This document shows, piece by piece, positions 39,442-49,032 of a DNA stretch of 64,000 bases. Position 1 is the stretch's first letter, and each line of letters opens with the position of its first letter. Source of the DNA: a virus; IMG/VR virus record IMGVR_UViG_3300013126_000014, positions 53,788 to 117,787 of that record; one strand, 5' to 3'. The translations under genes were made by a program, and so were the position numbers. Below the pieces are notes generated by a model. The model did not search any database. It was given only the letters and a program-made list of their open reading frames with translations, and had not been told where the DNA came from.

Positions 39442-40778
39442 TAGAGTATAAAGAACGAGTAATTGATAGTAAGAGTGCTAGCTTCTGTGGTGCTAAGTGG
39501 TACAATGCTACTATCTGGTTGGGTAGCGGGCAGACTACTAGCTGTCACCATCCCTTGCCACATGCGATCAACGTACAAGAAATTACTTTTAATCCTAAGG
39601 CTATTCATAACACCAAGGAAAAGAAAGAACAGCGTCGTCAAATGCAAGTAGGTGAGCGACCAGGTGGGTGCGAATACTGCTGGAAACTAGAAGATGCACG
39701 TGCATCAAGTGATAGAATTTATAAAACAATTATCTACGATGATGTAGATTTAGACTTAGCATACAACACGGATCATAATGAAGACATCAATTTACAAACT
39801 TTGGAAATCGCATTCGACAGAACTTGTCAGTTTGCTTGTAGCTACTGTAACCCTGCTTTTAGCACTGCCTGGGTTAGAGATATTAAGCGCAATGGAGCCT
39901 ATGAACATCTCGTATCTGACGGACGCAATCACTTTACTCACCCTCATGATAGTAGTCAACTTTTTTCACCTGATGAGATTAACCCTTATGCTGAGGCGTT
40001 CTTTGCGTGGTGGGAATCAGACTTACACAAAACCTTAAAAGAATTACGCATCACAGGCGGCGAACCTTTAATGAGTCCGTACCTGTGGCGATTGATTGAT
40101 TGGTTTAAAGCAAATAGAGGCAAAAGCACTACAAGATTGGCAATTAACAGTAACCTAGGATTTGAACGTGAAAAACTTGAAAGATTATTGGAAGCATGTG
40201 AAGGCATTGAGCTTGACATTTATACAAGCAACGAATCATGGGGTCGCCATGCGGCTTATATACGCGATGGGTTGGATTGGAGTCAATGGGTTAATAATGT
40301 ACATTATCTCCTTGAGTCTAAACAGTTGCGTGGACTCCACGTTATGTGTACCATCAATGCCCTATGCTTATTCTCACTAACAGACTTGTTATGGGAAATT
40401 GTTGCACTAAAGAAAAAATACGGTAAAGATTCAATTAATTTTACCCTAAACATCTTACGCTTCCCAAGTTTTCAAAGCCCGCTGATCGTACCCATCGAGT
40501 TTAGACTAGAAGCTTGTCGCAAACTAAAACACTTGTTTGATAATACATATCAAATAGGCAATGCAGCATCTACAGATCAATTACATGAGTTTGAACGTGA
40601 ACATATTGTTAGATTAATAACATATCTCAAAGACGTAGATACGCCACATAGTGGAGCACTAAGTAAGGAAATCTTACAGCGCGACTTTAAAAACTTCTAT
40701 CAACAATACGACCAGCGTCGCGGTAAAGACTTTAAATATACTTTTCCAGAACTAAAAGATTGGTACGACACACTTTGA
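39414..40778 (+). CDS. Radical SAM enzyme with N-terminal Twitch-like module
   Basis: CGAKW...SCHH...CEYCW, then CQFACSYC and TGGEP. Confidence 0.9.
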   Translation: MPKRPQETLIEYKERVIDSKSASFCGAKWYNATIWLGSGQTTSCHHPLPHAINVQEITFNPKAIHNTKEKKEQRRQMQVGERPGGCEYCWKLEDARASSDRIYKTIIYDDVDLDLAYNTDHNEDINLQTLEIAFDRTCQFACSYCNPAFSTAWVRDIKRNGAYEHLVSDGRNHFTHPHDSSQLFSPDEINPYAEAFFAWWESDLHKTLKELRITGGEPLMSPYLWRLIDWFKANRGKSTTRLAINSNLGFEREKLERLLEACEGIELDIYTSNESWGRHAAYIRDGLDWSQWVNNVHYLLESKQLRGLHVMCTINALCLFSLTDLLWEIVALKKKYGKDSINFTLNILRFPSFQSPLIVPIEFRLEACRKLKHLFDNTYQIGNAASTDQLHEFEREHIVRLITYLKDVDTPHSGALSKEILQRDFKNFYQQYDQRRGKDFKYTFPELKDWYDTL

Positions 40779-42085
40779 GCAAACAAGACGAGTATTACAA
40801 GAATCACAACTATCACACACGTAAACCAGTTTACATCAGTGAGGATGAACTACGAGCAGACCAGTTAGATCGACTGACTAAAAGTGATACGTTCTGCATG
40901 ATACCTTGGATTCACATGCACGCCTTTCCTGATGGACGTGCTTACCCTTGCTGCCTGAGTGATGACAAATATCCAATTGGTAACTTTAAACAAGATACTA
41001 TGGCTACTGTTTGGAATCAAACGGCATATAAACAGATGCGTGTCAACATGCTAAGTGAAAAGCACTGCAAAGAGTGTACTAAATGTTACGAGCAAGAAGC
41101 CGCAGGATTTATGAGTATGCGCAACAGTACCAATAAAAACTTTGGACATCATATTAACCTGGTTGATCAGACATTGGCAGACGGGTCACAGCCGGAGTTT
41201 AAATTGCGATACTACGACATACGTTTTAGTAACTTGTGTAACTTTACATGCCGCACCTGCGGCGGATGGTTTAGTTCGAGTTGGTACACAGAAGAAGAGG
41301 CACTATATGGAAAACGAAACTATCCTAAAGTGTTATTTGCCGGTCGCACTGAGTTAGACATGTGGGAGCAAATGGAGCCACATATTCCTTATTTAGAGCA
41401 AATTTACTTTGCCGGCGGCGAACCACTAATGATGGATGAACACTATCGTATTCTAAAAGAATTAGTCAAACGTGAAATGTTTGATGTTAAATTAATCTAC
41501 AACACAAACTTTAGCCGCTTACATTTAAAAGATGACAATGTGCTTGACTACTGGAAGTTGTTTAAGAATGTTAGTGTTGGCGCTAGTTTAGATGGTATGG
41601 ATGCAGTAGGTGAATATATACGCAAAGGCACTAAGTGGGATCAGATTGTTCGCAATCGTGAACAAATGCTGTTAGTGACACCCAACACTGACTTTTATGT
41701 TAGTTCAACAGTTAGTTTGTATAATGCTCTTCATGTGCACCACTTTCATCGTTATTGGGCAGATCGAGGATTAGTAAAACCACAAGACTGGAATATTAAT
41801 ATCCTGCAGGGTCCCAACCGTGATCGTATTGATGTATTACCTGCGGTGTACAAAGAATTAGTAAACGAACAAGTTACTGAACATATTAATTGGCTACAGC
41901 CGCAGGATCATTTAAAACGTGCTACTAGTGGCTATGAAGGTATGTTAAATTTTATGAATGCTACTGATAATAGTCATTTATTAAATGAGTTTTTCCGTGT
42001 TAATGACATACACGATAAGTATCGTAATGAATCATTTGAACAAGTATTTCTAGAATTAATAGATTTGAGATCCTATGCTACCTGA
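40760..42085 (+). CDS. Radical SAM enzyme with N-terminal Twitch-like module
   Basis: CMIPW...DG.AYPCC...CTKC, then CNFTCRTC and AGGEP. The true start may be TTG 40775 (TTGA overlap). Confidence 0.9.
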   Translation: MVRHTLSKQDEYYKNHNYHTRKPVYISEDELRADQLDRLTKSDTFCMIPWIHMHAFPDGRAYPCCLSDDKYPIGNFKQDTMATVWNQTAYKQMRVNMLSEKHCKECTKCYEQEAAGFMSMRNSTNKNFGHHINLVDQTLADGSQPEFKLRYYDIRFSNLCNFTCRTCGGWFSSSWYTEEEALYGKRNYPKVLFAGRTELDMWEQMEPHIPYLEQIYFAGGEPLMMDEHYRILKELVKREMFDVKLIYNTNFSRLHLKDDNVLDYWKLFKNVSVGASLDGMDAVGEYIRKGTKWDQIVRNREQMLLVTPNTDFYVSSTVSLYNALHVHHFHRYWADRGLVKPQDWNINILQGPNRDRIDVLPAVYKELVNEQVTEHINWLQPQDHLKRATSGYEGMLNFMNATDNSHLLNEFFRVNDIHDKYRNESFEQVFLELIDLRSYAT

Positions 42086-43289
42086 AAAAATTTGTATGCT
42101 ACCTTGGATTAGTATTGAAACTAGTCCTATAGGCACAGCTCGACCTTGTTGTCTTGCAATTGACGAGATAACCAAACCTGATGGTACTAAGTATAATCTC
42201 AGAGAAAATACCTTAGAAGAAATATATCACAGTGACTATATGCAGAGTCTTCGGCAAGAGTTTCTTACAGGCAACAAACCTAAAACTTGCCAACGTTGCT
42301 GGGACGAAGAATCTGCAGGTCGTACAAGTAAACGTATTAACAGTCGTATTAGATTGAAGGAATACTATGACGGCATCGATTGGAATAATCTTAACCCTGA
42401 TCAGTTGTGGTTTATTGATCTTAAGTTAGGCAATATTTGTAATCTAAAATGTCGTATTTGCGGGTCCTGGAGTAGTAGCAAGTGGGTTAACGAAGAAATA
42501 GATTATTCAGGAGGTAACCGAAAGGAGCATCTGGCTTATAAATTTCTTCAATTGGGTGCATGGCCTAGGGAAAGTCCTGCGTTTTGGGACAACTTACGCA
42601 CTCTGCTACCTGACATTAAATATTTTGAGTTTACCGGCGGTGAACCGTTTCTTATTCAACAACATTTTGATCTATTAGAGTATGCTGTTAATCATGGTTA
42701 CGCTGAGAACATTGAAATTCATTACAATACTAACGGTACCGTCTTTCCTGAGCAATATCATATATGGAGCCACTTTAAACATGTTGAGGTGGCATTCTCA
42801 ATTGACAACACTGGTGAGAGATTTGAATATGAAAGATATGGTGCTAAATGGGATGAAGTACAAGAAAACATTAAAAAATTTGAAGAGTTGCGCCTGGCAG
42901 TGCTTAAAGAGTTTAAATACAAAAAAATAACCAGCCAATTATGCACAACTGTAAATGTGCAGAATGTCTACTATTTGCCTGAAATTTGCGAGTGGGTTTT
43001 GACGCAGACGTTTGACCATGTGTATTTTAACATGCTGCACGAGCCTTGGTATATGAATATTGGAAAGATGACTAGCGCAGCTAAACAGTTGGTTATTAAC
43101 AAATTAAACACCGCTAAAATTGATCCTAAATATCGTATGGAGATCATGCGTATAGTTAAATTTATAGAAAATGGCGAAACAACAGATGGGAAAGAGTTTG
43201 TGGCGCGGATGAAATTGGCCGATGATTATAGAAAACAAAGTTTTTTAAATAGTCACCCCGAAGTTGCGTTAGCTATGGGTTATGAGTAA
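42075..43289 (+). CDS. Radical SAM enzyme with N-terminal Twitch-like module
   Basis: CMLPW...RPCC...CQRCW, then CNLKCRIC and TGGEP. Confidence 0.9.
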   Translation: MLPEKICMLPWISIETSPIGTARPCCLAIDEITKPDGTKYNLRENTLEEIYHSDYMQSLRQEFLTGNKPKTCQRCWDEESAGRTSKRINSRIRLKEYYDGIDWNNLNPDQLWFIDLKLGNICNLKCRICGSWSSSKWVNEEIDYSGGNRKEHLAYKFLQLGAWPRESPAFWDNLRTLLPDIKYFEFTGGEPFLIQQHFDLLEYAVNHGYAENIEIHYNTNGTVFPEQYHIWSHFKHVEVAFSIDNTGERFEYERYGAKWDEVQENIKKFEELRLAVLKEFKYKKITSQLCTTVNVQNVYYLPEICEWVLTQTFDHVYFNMLHEPWYMNIGKMTSAAKQLVINKLNTAKIDPKYRMEIMRIVKFIENGETTDGKEFVARMKLADDYRKQSFLNSHPEVALAMGYE

Positions 43290-44214
43290 ACTAATTTTAA
43301 AAGCCGACAGCTGGTGCACAGCTAATGCATTTTATCTTGAAGAATTGTATAGATCAAAATTTGAGGTGACTACAGATCTTAACAGTGATGGTATCATATA
43401 CGCAGACTGGAAAGATTATAAATGGGCAGTTGAATTAAATCGTCCGGGTATAATTGATCATCTATGGGATCCTATGGAGCAGGATCCGCAGATAAAAGAT
43501 AATGAAAACTTAAAAGTTCTGCGCAGCGACGGGTGGTTTGATTTAGTCAATGAACCACTGTGGTATACCGCATTGGGGTTAGATGAATTCACTGCATCGT
43601 GTGAAAATACTAAAACATTTTTAATGTTGATGAATATTAAAAAACCCCATCGAGACCAAATATGGAATAGTATCAGACCTTATCTAAACAATGCAATATA
43701 CAGTTATCATGGACGAGGTATTCCAGTCACAGGCAGTATTGATATTGATGTTGGTATTGGCAATTGGCAACGTCACGTTAATCCGGATTGGTACAATTTA
43801 ACAAAATTTAGTTTAGTAGTAGAAAGTCAATTACTTAAACACAATGACAATACTCCAGTGGATCCTAGTGAAAAATCTCTTAAACCGTTTGCATTTAAAC
43901 ACCCTATGATAGTTTGGGGCCCCCCTTTGACATTGTCTTGGTTGCGGTCGTGGGGTTTTGAAACATTTGATAATTGTATCGACGAAAGGTATGACCTAGA
44001 GTTTGACAATGCTAAACGACTGTCGATGATAATAGAGGAAGTAAAAAGATTAATTAACACCCCAAAGGATTACTTCAACACCGCGGAAACACGCCGCAGA
44101 TTTGATATAAATTACAATAGGTTTTATAACTTAGATTGGGCACGCCAACAACTAGAAGAAAGAGTTTTTGTAGTCATAAAAGAACACGGAGCAAAGTATG
44201 GTAAATGTTTTTGA
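43282..44214 (+). CDS. Putative GT-B glycosyltransferase-like protein (GT10-like motif)
   Basis: FSLVVES...SEKSLKPFAFKHPMIVWG resembles the F.L..EN...TEK....P...G motif of GT10-type enzymes. Confidence 0.45.
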   Translation: MSKLILKADSWCTANAFYLEELYRSKFEVTTDLNSDGIIYADWKDYKWAVELNRPGIIDHLWDPMEQDPQIKDNENLKVLRSDGWFDLVNEPLWYTALGLDEFTASCENTKTFLMLMNIKKPHRDQIWNSIRPYLNNAIYSYHGRGIPVTGSIDIDVGIGNWQRHVNPDWYNLTKFSLVVESQLLKHNDNTPVDPSEKSLKPFAFKHPMIVWGPPLTLSWLRSWGFETFDNCIDERYDLEFDNAKRLSMIIEEVKRLINTPKDYFNTAETRRRFDINYNRFYNLDWARQQLEERVFVVIKEHGAKYGKCF

Positions 44215-44980
44215 TAATGTAATATCCCCTACTGAAATTTCGCAGTTGCTTGACTATTTTAACATAGTCGATGACAGAATTGATGCACGACCTGATGTAA
44301 CTAGTAAGCATCCGCAGTGGGGTGTTGACCATTGGCCTCAATTGATAGTAGAACGTATATTAGATCAAATTTTAGATAAAACATACTCAGTAGAAGAAGT
44401 GATTTTTAATCAATCTAAAATTAGTTTTGGTGTACATGCAGACAGTGGAAGTCTGAATCAGCGCATCTATAAAGCTATATTAATTCCATTGGAAATTACC
44501 AACGGTAGCGGAACTGTATTTTTTGACAACCATTGGCCGTATGCTAGTGCTAAGTTTACACGTCAAAAATTTGATCCTATGATTTATACTGTATTTGACA
44601 GTAACGACGATCCTGTTAGGATTAATCTATTAGAGTTTTTACTTGATAGAGATATTAATAAATTTCCAAATTATACAGATGAATATATATCTAATTTAAT
44701 CTCTACTAGAAAAAATAGTACAGGGTATTCCAAAACAGATATTAGGATAAATGATTACGACAAAATCATTGGATATAACCCTAATCAAAATTTTGATCAA
44801 GATATTCATAGACAATATATCAATCATGTTGATATCAATGATTTAACGGGTCTAAGTTTAGACAAGATTATTCCGTGGGTGCTTGGTAACGTTATTGTGT
44901 TTGATCGTACACAATTACATTGTGCAACGAGCGGCCATAAGTCTAAGACAGGAATAACAATTTTTACTAATCTAGTCTGA
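44198..44980 (+). CDS. 2OG-Fe(II) oxygenase-like protein
   Basis: HAD (HxD), ILIPL...GTVFF, distal W..GNVIVFDRTQLHC and terminal K. Confidence 0.6.
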   Translation: MVNVFDNVISPTEISQLLDYFNIVDDRIDARPDVTSKHPQWGVDHWPQLIVERILDQILDKTYSVEEVIFNQSKISFGVHADSGSLNQRIYKAILIPLEITNGSGTVFFDNHWPYASAKFTRQKFDPMIYTVFDSNDDPVRINLLEFLLDRDINKFPNYTDEYISNLISTRKNSTGYSKTDIRINDYDKIIGYNPNQNFDQDIHRQYINHVDINDLTGLSLDKIIPWVLGNVIVFDRTQLHCATSGHKSKTGITIFTNLV

Positions 44981-46841
44981 TATCACATTTCCAATATCTA
45001 TTTTTTCGTTGGTAGTGATATGCTTTGTGAATAAATTCTGTGTCGTTAGTGATGCTTTTATCCCAATGGTCAATGGTGATTGAACTAGCATGGTATCCAG
45101 TGGCTAATTTTAAGATTATAGGATCAACAGTTATGTGTAATGGGTAACTAGTTCTCCAATCAACGCACATGTCTAAATTAAATTTAACCAATTCGTGAGA
45201 CATTTTAAAATTAAATTGACCGTCAATGAACTCAATTAGCTCGTTGGCTAATTGTTGCCGATTTCTATGAAAGACAATGCAACTAGCAGATTTATATTCC
45301 CAGTAAACTCCGTTGATGTAGGTCCCCCAAAAGCCGCCAGCTTCAAAAACTTGTTTAATACCTTGTTCAGTTATGTAATGTTGCTCCCAGAGTAGCCCTT
45401 GCTTACGGTTAGTAATATATTCTATTAACAAACGTACTACTTCGGTATGTGAAATATTTTCATGTTTAGTTAACGCTTCGATAATATAATGCCCCCAACC
45501 ATAGTAGTATAGTAGAATAGTCCAAAAACTTAACATGTGGCCTTGTATCATTTCATCAAAGTTAACAGTGTTTGTGGCATAGACTGCATCAACATTTTCT
45601 ACTATATAGTTCTCATCGTCGGTGATTTCTAACCAAAACACATCTAGCGGAACTTGCTTGTATTTTAGCTTATTCTTTTCTATGTAATCGGGCCGAGCCA
45701 TTGGCGCATTCTTTGTAATAACCAATGGGTGGACCATCAAAAAATCTTTTTGACCATAGTTAATCAACTGTTGAATACTGGCCTGTAAAGAATCTAAGGT
45801 CTCATGTGGCATAGGCCATATAAGTTCACTATAGGTAGGAATGTTTTCTTTCTGGTAATTAGTAAGATTATCTTTAATTACATCATTGGATAGATTGAAT
45901 CTTTTTGTTGCTACAAGTGTTTCTTCGTTAAGACTTTGCATAGAGAATGTAATACCCTTAAACAACTTTGTTCCGGCTTGTTTATCTAGCATAGCAATTT
46001 CAAAGATGCGTTCACTATGACTTTTGGCCCATGTAACGTCCCAAAATTTTGGATACCCATAGGTTAACTTAGTGTCAATCACATGTTTGGTTATTTCAAC
46101 ATCACGAGGCAGCATACCCCAATTACTATCACAGACAGCAACGTATTCTATTTTATTTTTGCCCATCCAAGTAATTTCTTCACGTATCCTATCCATGTCA
46201 AATTTGGTAATCTTGTTCCAGTAGTCTTCACCTATGTCACAGAATGTACACTGATACGGGCAGCCACGAAGTGTTTCAAATGTCACCTGCCATTGCACCT
46301 TGTCTGTGCGGCGTCTGATTATTTCGTTGTAGAATCCTGTTAGTATAGGACTTGGTATATCATCTACTTGTCTAAATCGAGTTAGTGGGGCAATTCTATT
46401 AGTTCTGGTAATAACGTGTGGTATATTATTTGGCCTAGGGTATTGTCTAAGAATTTCTCTAAACGCATATTCACCTTCGCCGAGTACTGCTATGTCAAAA
46501 TACGGGTTATTTGTAAAAAAATCTAAATCGTATTTGCTGACCTGCGGACCACCTACAACTATTAAACAATTGGGGTACTTAGTTTTAATAGCTTTGGCTA
46601 GCTCAATATTGTATTCCCAGGTCCATACATAACAACTTAGTGCTACCAACTTAGGGGTGTTAAGGCTGTTAACAACTTGTTTAATTGGTAGTTTTTCGTA
46701 TATAACATCTTTTAGTTCCCAATTTTGAGTAATTTCTAAGTCTTGCTGAGCATATGCCCATAGGTACCCTACCGCTAAAGGCAAAAATTTATTTGGCCCA
46801 TAACTATCAGCGACTTGAACTAGGTAAAGATTGTTTTTCAT
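44967..46841 (-). CDS. Cobalamin-binding class B radical SAM enzyme (methyltransferase-like)
   Basis: LPLAVGYL, LSCYVW, VVGGPQ, GEGE, then ETLRGCPYQCTFCD. Confidence 0.9.
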   Translation of the reverse strand: MKNNLYLVQVADSYGPNKFLPLAVGYLWAYAQQDLEITQNWELKDVIYEKLPIKQVVNSLNTPKLVALSCYVWTWEYNIELAKAIKTKYPNCLIVVGGPQVSKYDLDFFTNNPYFDIAVLGEGEYAFREILRQYPRPNNIPHVITRTNRIAPLTRFRQVDDIPSPILTGFYNEIIRRRTDKVQWQVTFETLRGCPYQCTFCDIGEDYWNKITKFDMDRIREEITWMGKNKIEYVAVCDSNWGMLPRDVEITKHVIDTKLTYGYPKFWDVTWAKSHSERIFEIAMLDKQAGTKLFKGITFSMQSLNEETLVATKRFNLSNDVIKDNLTNYQKENIPTYSELIWPMPHETLDSLQASIQQLINYGQKDFLMVHPLVITKNAPMARPDYIEKNKLKYKQVPLDVFWLEITDDENYIVENVDAVYATNTVNFDEMIQGHMLSFWTILLYYYGWGHYIIEALTKHENISHTEVVRLLIEYITNRKQGLLWEQHYITEQGIKQVFEAGGFWGTYINGVYWEYKSASCIVFHRNRQQLANELIEFIDGQFNFKMSHELVKFNLDMCVDWRTSYPLHITVDPIILKLATGYHASSITIDHWDKSITNDTEFIHKAYHYQRKNRYWKCDIRLD

Positions 46842-47671
46842 TTAAATGTTACAGTTGCTAAATGATCCACGCTAGCAACTTCGGGGCACATTCTGCAGAT
46901 TCTGTGCGGCGATCCAAAGTTGTCAACGAAATTATTGATTTGTTCTATCGTAGAATCAAAGTTAATTGAACTATCACTTAGGTTAGTATACGGTTCCCAG
47001 GCAGTATTACAATTATTTCCTAGCTTGTCTAATAAGTTTGGTAGTAACCCGCTTGTACTACATTTATAAATTACCCCATTGTACAGTAATGGGCACTGGG
47101 TTTGGCAGCAGACACTAAATGCGCGACTAGGATCTGAATTGTGAGGTATAATATCAGGAAAACTGCCTTGGTAACTTTTTGTAAATCGGACAGGGCGATT
47201 TATTTGTAGTTTAAAACTGCCTGACGCCCATCTATTAATACCGTATTCTGTAACAGGAGTCCAAGAATAACGTTTAAATATTTTGTCAATGACATTGGTA
47301 ATTTTGTTGTCTTCTACATGTACAGTTATCTTAAGTACGGAATTACCAATGTCATTTAGTAAATCTACCACATCAAAATGTTTGTCTAATAGCAATCCGT
47401 TTGTGGTAAATCTTAATTGACTGTTGGGCATTAAGTCTCTGCACCCCCGTATCCATTCTCGTACTTCTGGATTGATCAGGGGTTCACCCCCTATTAAACC
47501 AAAATCAGGAATAGTGAGTTTTTCTAACCATTTGGCTAGATCATCTGCACCCTGCTCCCAAGGAACGTACCCGCTAAACTTTAAATCTGAATAATTTGTA
47601 CACCCAAGGCAACTTAGATTACAGACTTGAGTCAGCATTGTCTCTAAAAACGGTAGTGTTGCTGTAGTCAT
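46838..47671 (-). CDS. Radical SAM enzyme with C-terminal Twitch-like Cys cluster
   Basis: CNLSCLGC, IGGEP, TTNG, and C-terminal CCQTQC...YKC...CRMCP. Start moved from 47686 to ATG 47671. Confidence 0.88.
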   Translation of the reverse strand: MTTATLPFLETMLTQVCNLSCLGCTNYSDLKFSGYVPWEQGADDLAKWLEKLTIPDFGLIGGEPLINPEVREWIRGCRDLMPNSQLRFTTNGLLLDKHFDVVDLLNDIGNSVLKITVHVEDNKITNVIDKIFKRYSWTPVTEYGINRWASGSFKLQINRPVRFTKSYQGSFPDIIPHNSDPSRAFSVCCQTQCPLLYNGVIYKCSTSGLLPNLLDKLGNNCNTAWEPYTNLSDSSINFDSTIEQINNFVDNFGSPHRICRMCPEVASVDHLATVTFK

Positions 47672-47676
47672 TGTAA

Positions 47677-47682
47677 TATTTA
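47677..47682 (-). promoter_or_regulatory. TAAATA late-promoter motif for the inverted radical SAM pair
   Basis: Minus-strand TAAATA 5 nt before ATG 47671. Confidence 0.55.
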
Positions 47683-47712
47683 ACAAAAAAGTTAATACCT
47701 TAAATTTTTAAT

Positions 47713-47718
47713 TAAATA
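47713..47718 (+). promoter_or_regulatory. TAAATA late-promoter motif
   Basis: 6 nt before ATG 47725. Confidence 0.55.
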
Positions 47719-47724
47719 TCTAAT

Positions 47725-49032
47725 ATGACGTTCAATTCAAAAAAACCAGACACGCTGTGTTTAGCGCCTTGGGTACACACTTATCTAAGTCCCCAAACTG
47801 AGCGCAGGATGTGCTGCGCTAGTCGAGAGCCTGCGCAGAACTTTAAACAGTATATTGATACTGAATCTGGCACAGGAAAATATATTCCCATTACCTTAGA
47901 TGAACACTGGAACAGCGAACATATGAAGAGTGTTCGACGGCGCATGATGGCTGGCGAGACTTTACCAGAGTGCGAGGTATGCAACGACAAGTTGCTCAAT
48001 ACAGCCGTTTACCGTAGTTATTTTGATAGTATGTTTGGTCATAAGTATGAGTATGTAATGCAGAATACTGGTGCTGATGGCAGTACTAGTGTTTTTCCAA
48101 TAAGTTGGGATTACCGTTTTAGTAATTTATGCAATTTCAAATGCCGCATGTGTGGTGATATGTTGAGCAGTGCTTGGGAGTCAGAACAACGCCAACATAA
48201 TATGATCAATTGGTCTAATCCAAAAAATAATTGGATGAGGCCCGAAGTCAAGAAACAAATTGAAGAATTCCAATCAACACAGATTGAACAAGAGTTCGCA
48301 CGTGCAGTCGAGAACCATCAAGTAGAAGAAGTATATTGGGTTGGCGGAGAACCCTTAATGTACGAACAACACTGGCGTTATATGAAACGTATAGTGGAAT
48401 TGGGCGATGGTAAAAATGTTTACGCAAGATACAATACAAATCTTAGTCGTGTCACTTATGGTGGCATCAACCTTTATTCCGATATTCTTGATAATCTACG
48501 TGACTGGCAAATTTGTGCAAGCCTCGACGGCACAGGACCAATTGGCGAGTATATTAGAACAGGACTTGACTACACTTCGTGGCTTGAGAATTTCAAGCAA
48601 GGAGTTAAAAAATCAACTCACCGACGTCAAATGCGAATTGACTTTACTCTCACACTTCCGGGAATGTTCGAAATCCAAAGAATTGCCCGCCTTGCTGAAG
48701 AGTTGGAAGTAGATGTCTTAGCTAAAGTGGTCTTCAGTTTCTCTCCAGACATAATTATGAGCCCGCTAGCATTGCCTAAACACATACTACATCCTTGGAT
48801 AGATGAGATACTAGAGGACTTGTTCAATCCTGCACTAAGAGATTTATTATTGCAGTTAAAAACACGACCTACGTTTAAAGAACAATGGCCTGATAATTAT
48901 TGCAGACCTCTTGCAGAAGGCAAGCAACGTGTGCTACAATTAGAAAGAATACGACAAGATAAAATTACATTAGAAGATATTGTCAGATTTAGAAAAGATG
49001 TTTATGCTTGGTACAGATCAATCCCAAATTAA
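47725..49032 (+). CDS. Radical SAM enzyme with N-terminal Twitch-like module
   Basis: CLAPW...MCC...CEVC, then CNFKCRMC and VGGEP. Confidence 0.9.
   Translation: MTFNSKKPDTLCLAPWVHTYLSPQTERRMCCASREPAQNFKQYIDTESGTGKYIPITLDEHWNSEHMKSVRRRMMAGETLPECEVCNDKLLNTAVYRSYFDSMFGHKYEYVMQNTGADGSTSVFPISWDYRFSNLCNFKCRMCGDMLSSAWESEQRQHNMINWSNPKNNWMRPEVKKQIEEFQSTQIEQEFARAVENHQVEEVYWVGGEPLMYEQHWRYMKRIVELGDGKNVYARYNTNLSRVTYGGINLYSDILDNLRDWQICASLDGTGPIGEYIRTGLDYTSWLENFKQGVKKSTHRRQMRIDFTLTLPGMFEIQRIARLAEELEVDVLAKVVFSFSPDIIMSPLALPKHILHPWIDEILEDLFNPALRDLLLQLKTRPTFKEQWPDNYCRPLAEGKQRVLQLERIRQDKITLEDIVRFRKDVYAWYRSIPN

Noticed and set aside
40733-40738. TAAATA upstream of the 40760 radical SAM
   Set aside because: It lies within coding sequence, and this AT-only hexamer occurs often by chance; not enough support alone.
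36924-49032. Radical SAMs as QueE (7-deazaguanine), NrdG, MoaA or viperin
   Set aside because: Wrong size and architecture; no FolE/QueC/QueD/DpdA, NrdD or MoaC partner genes in the window.
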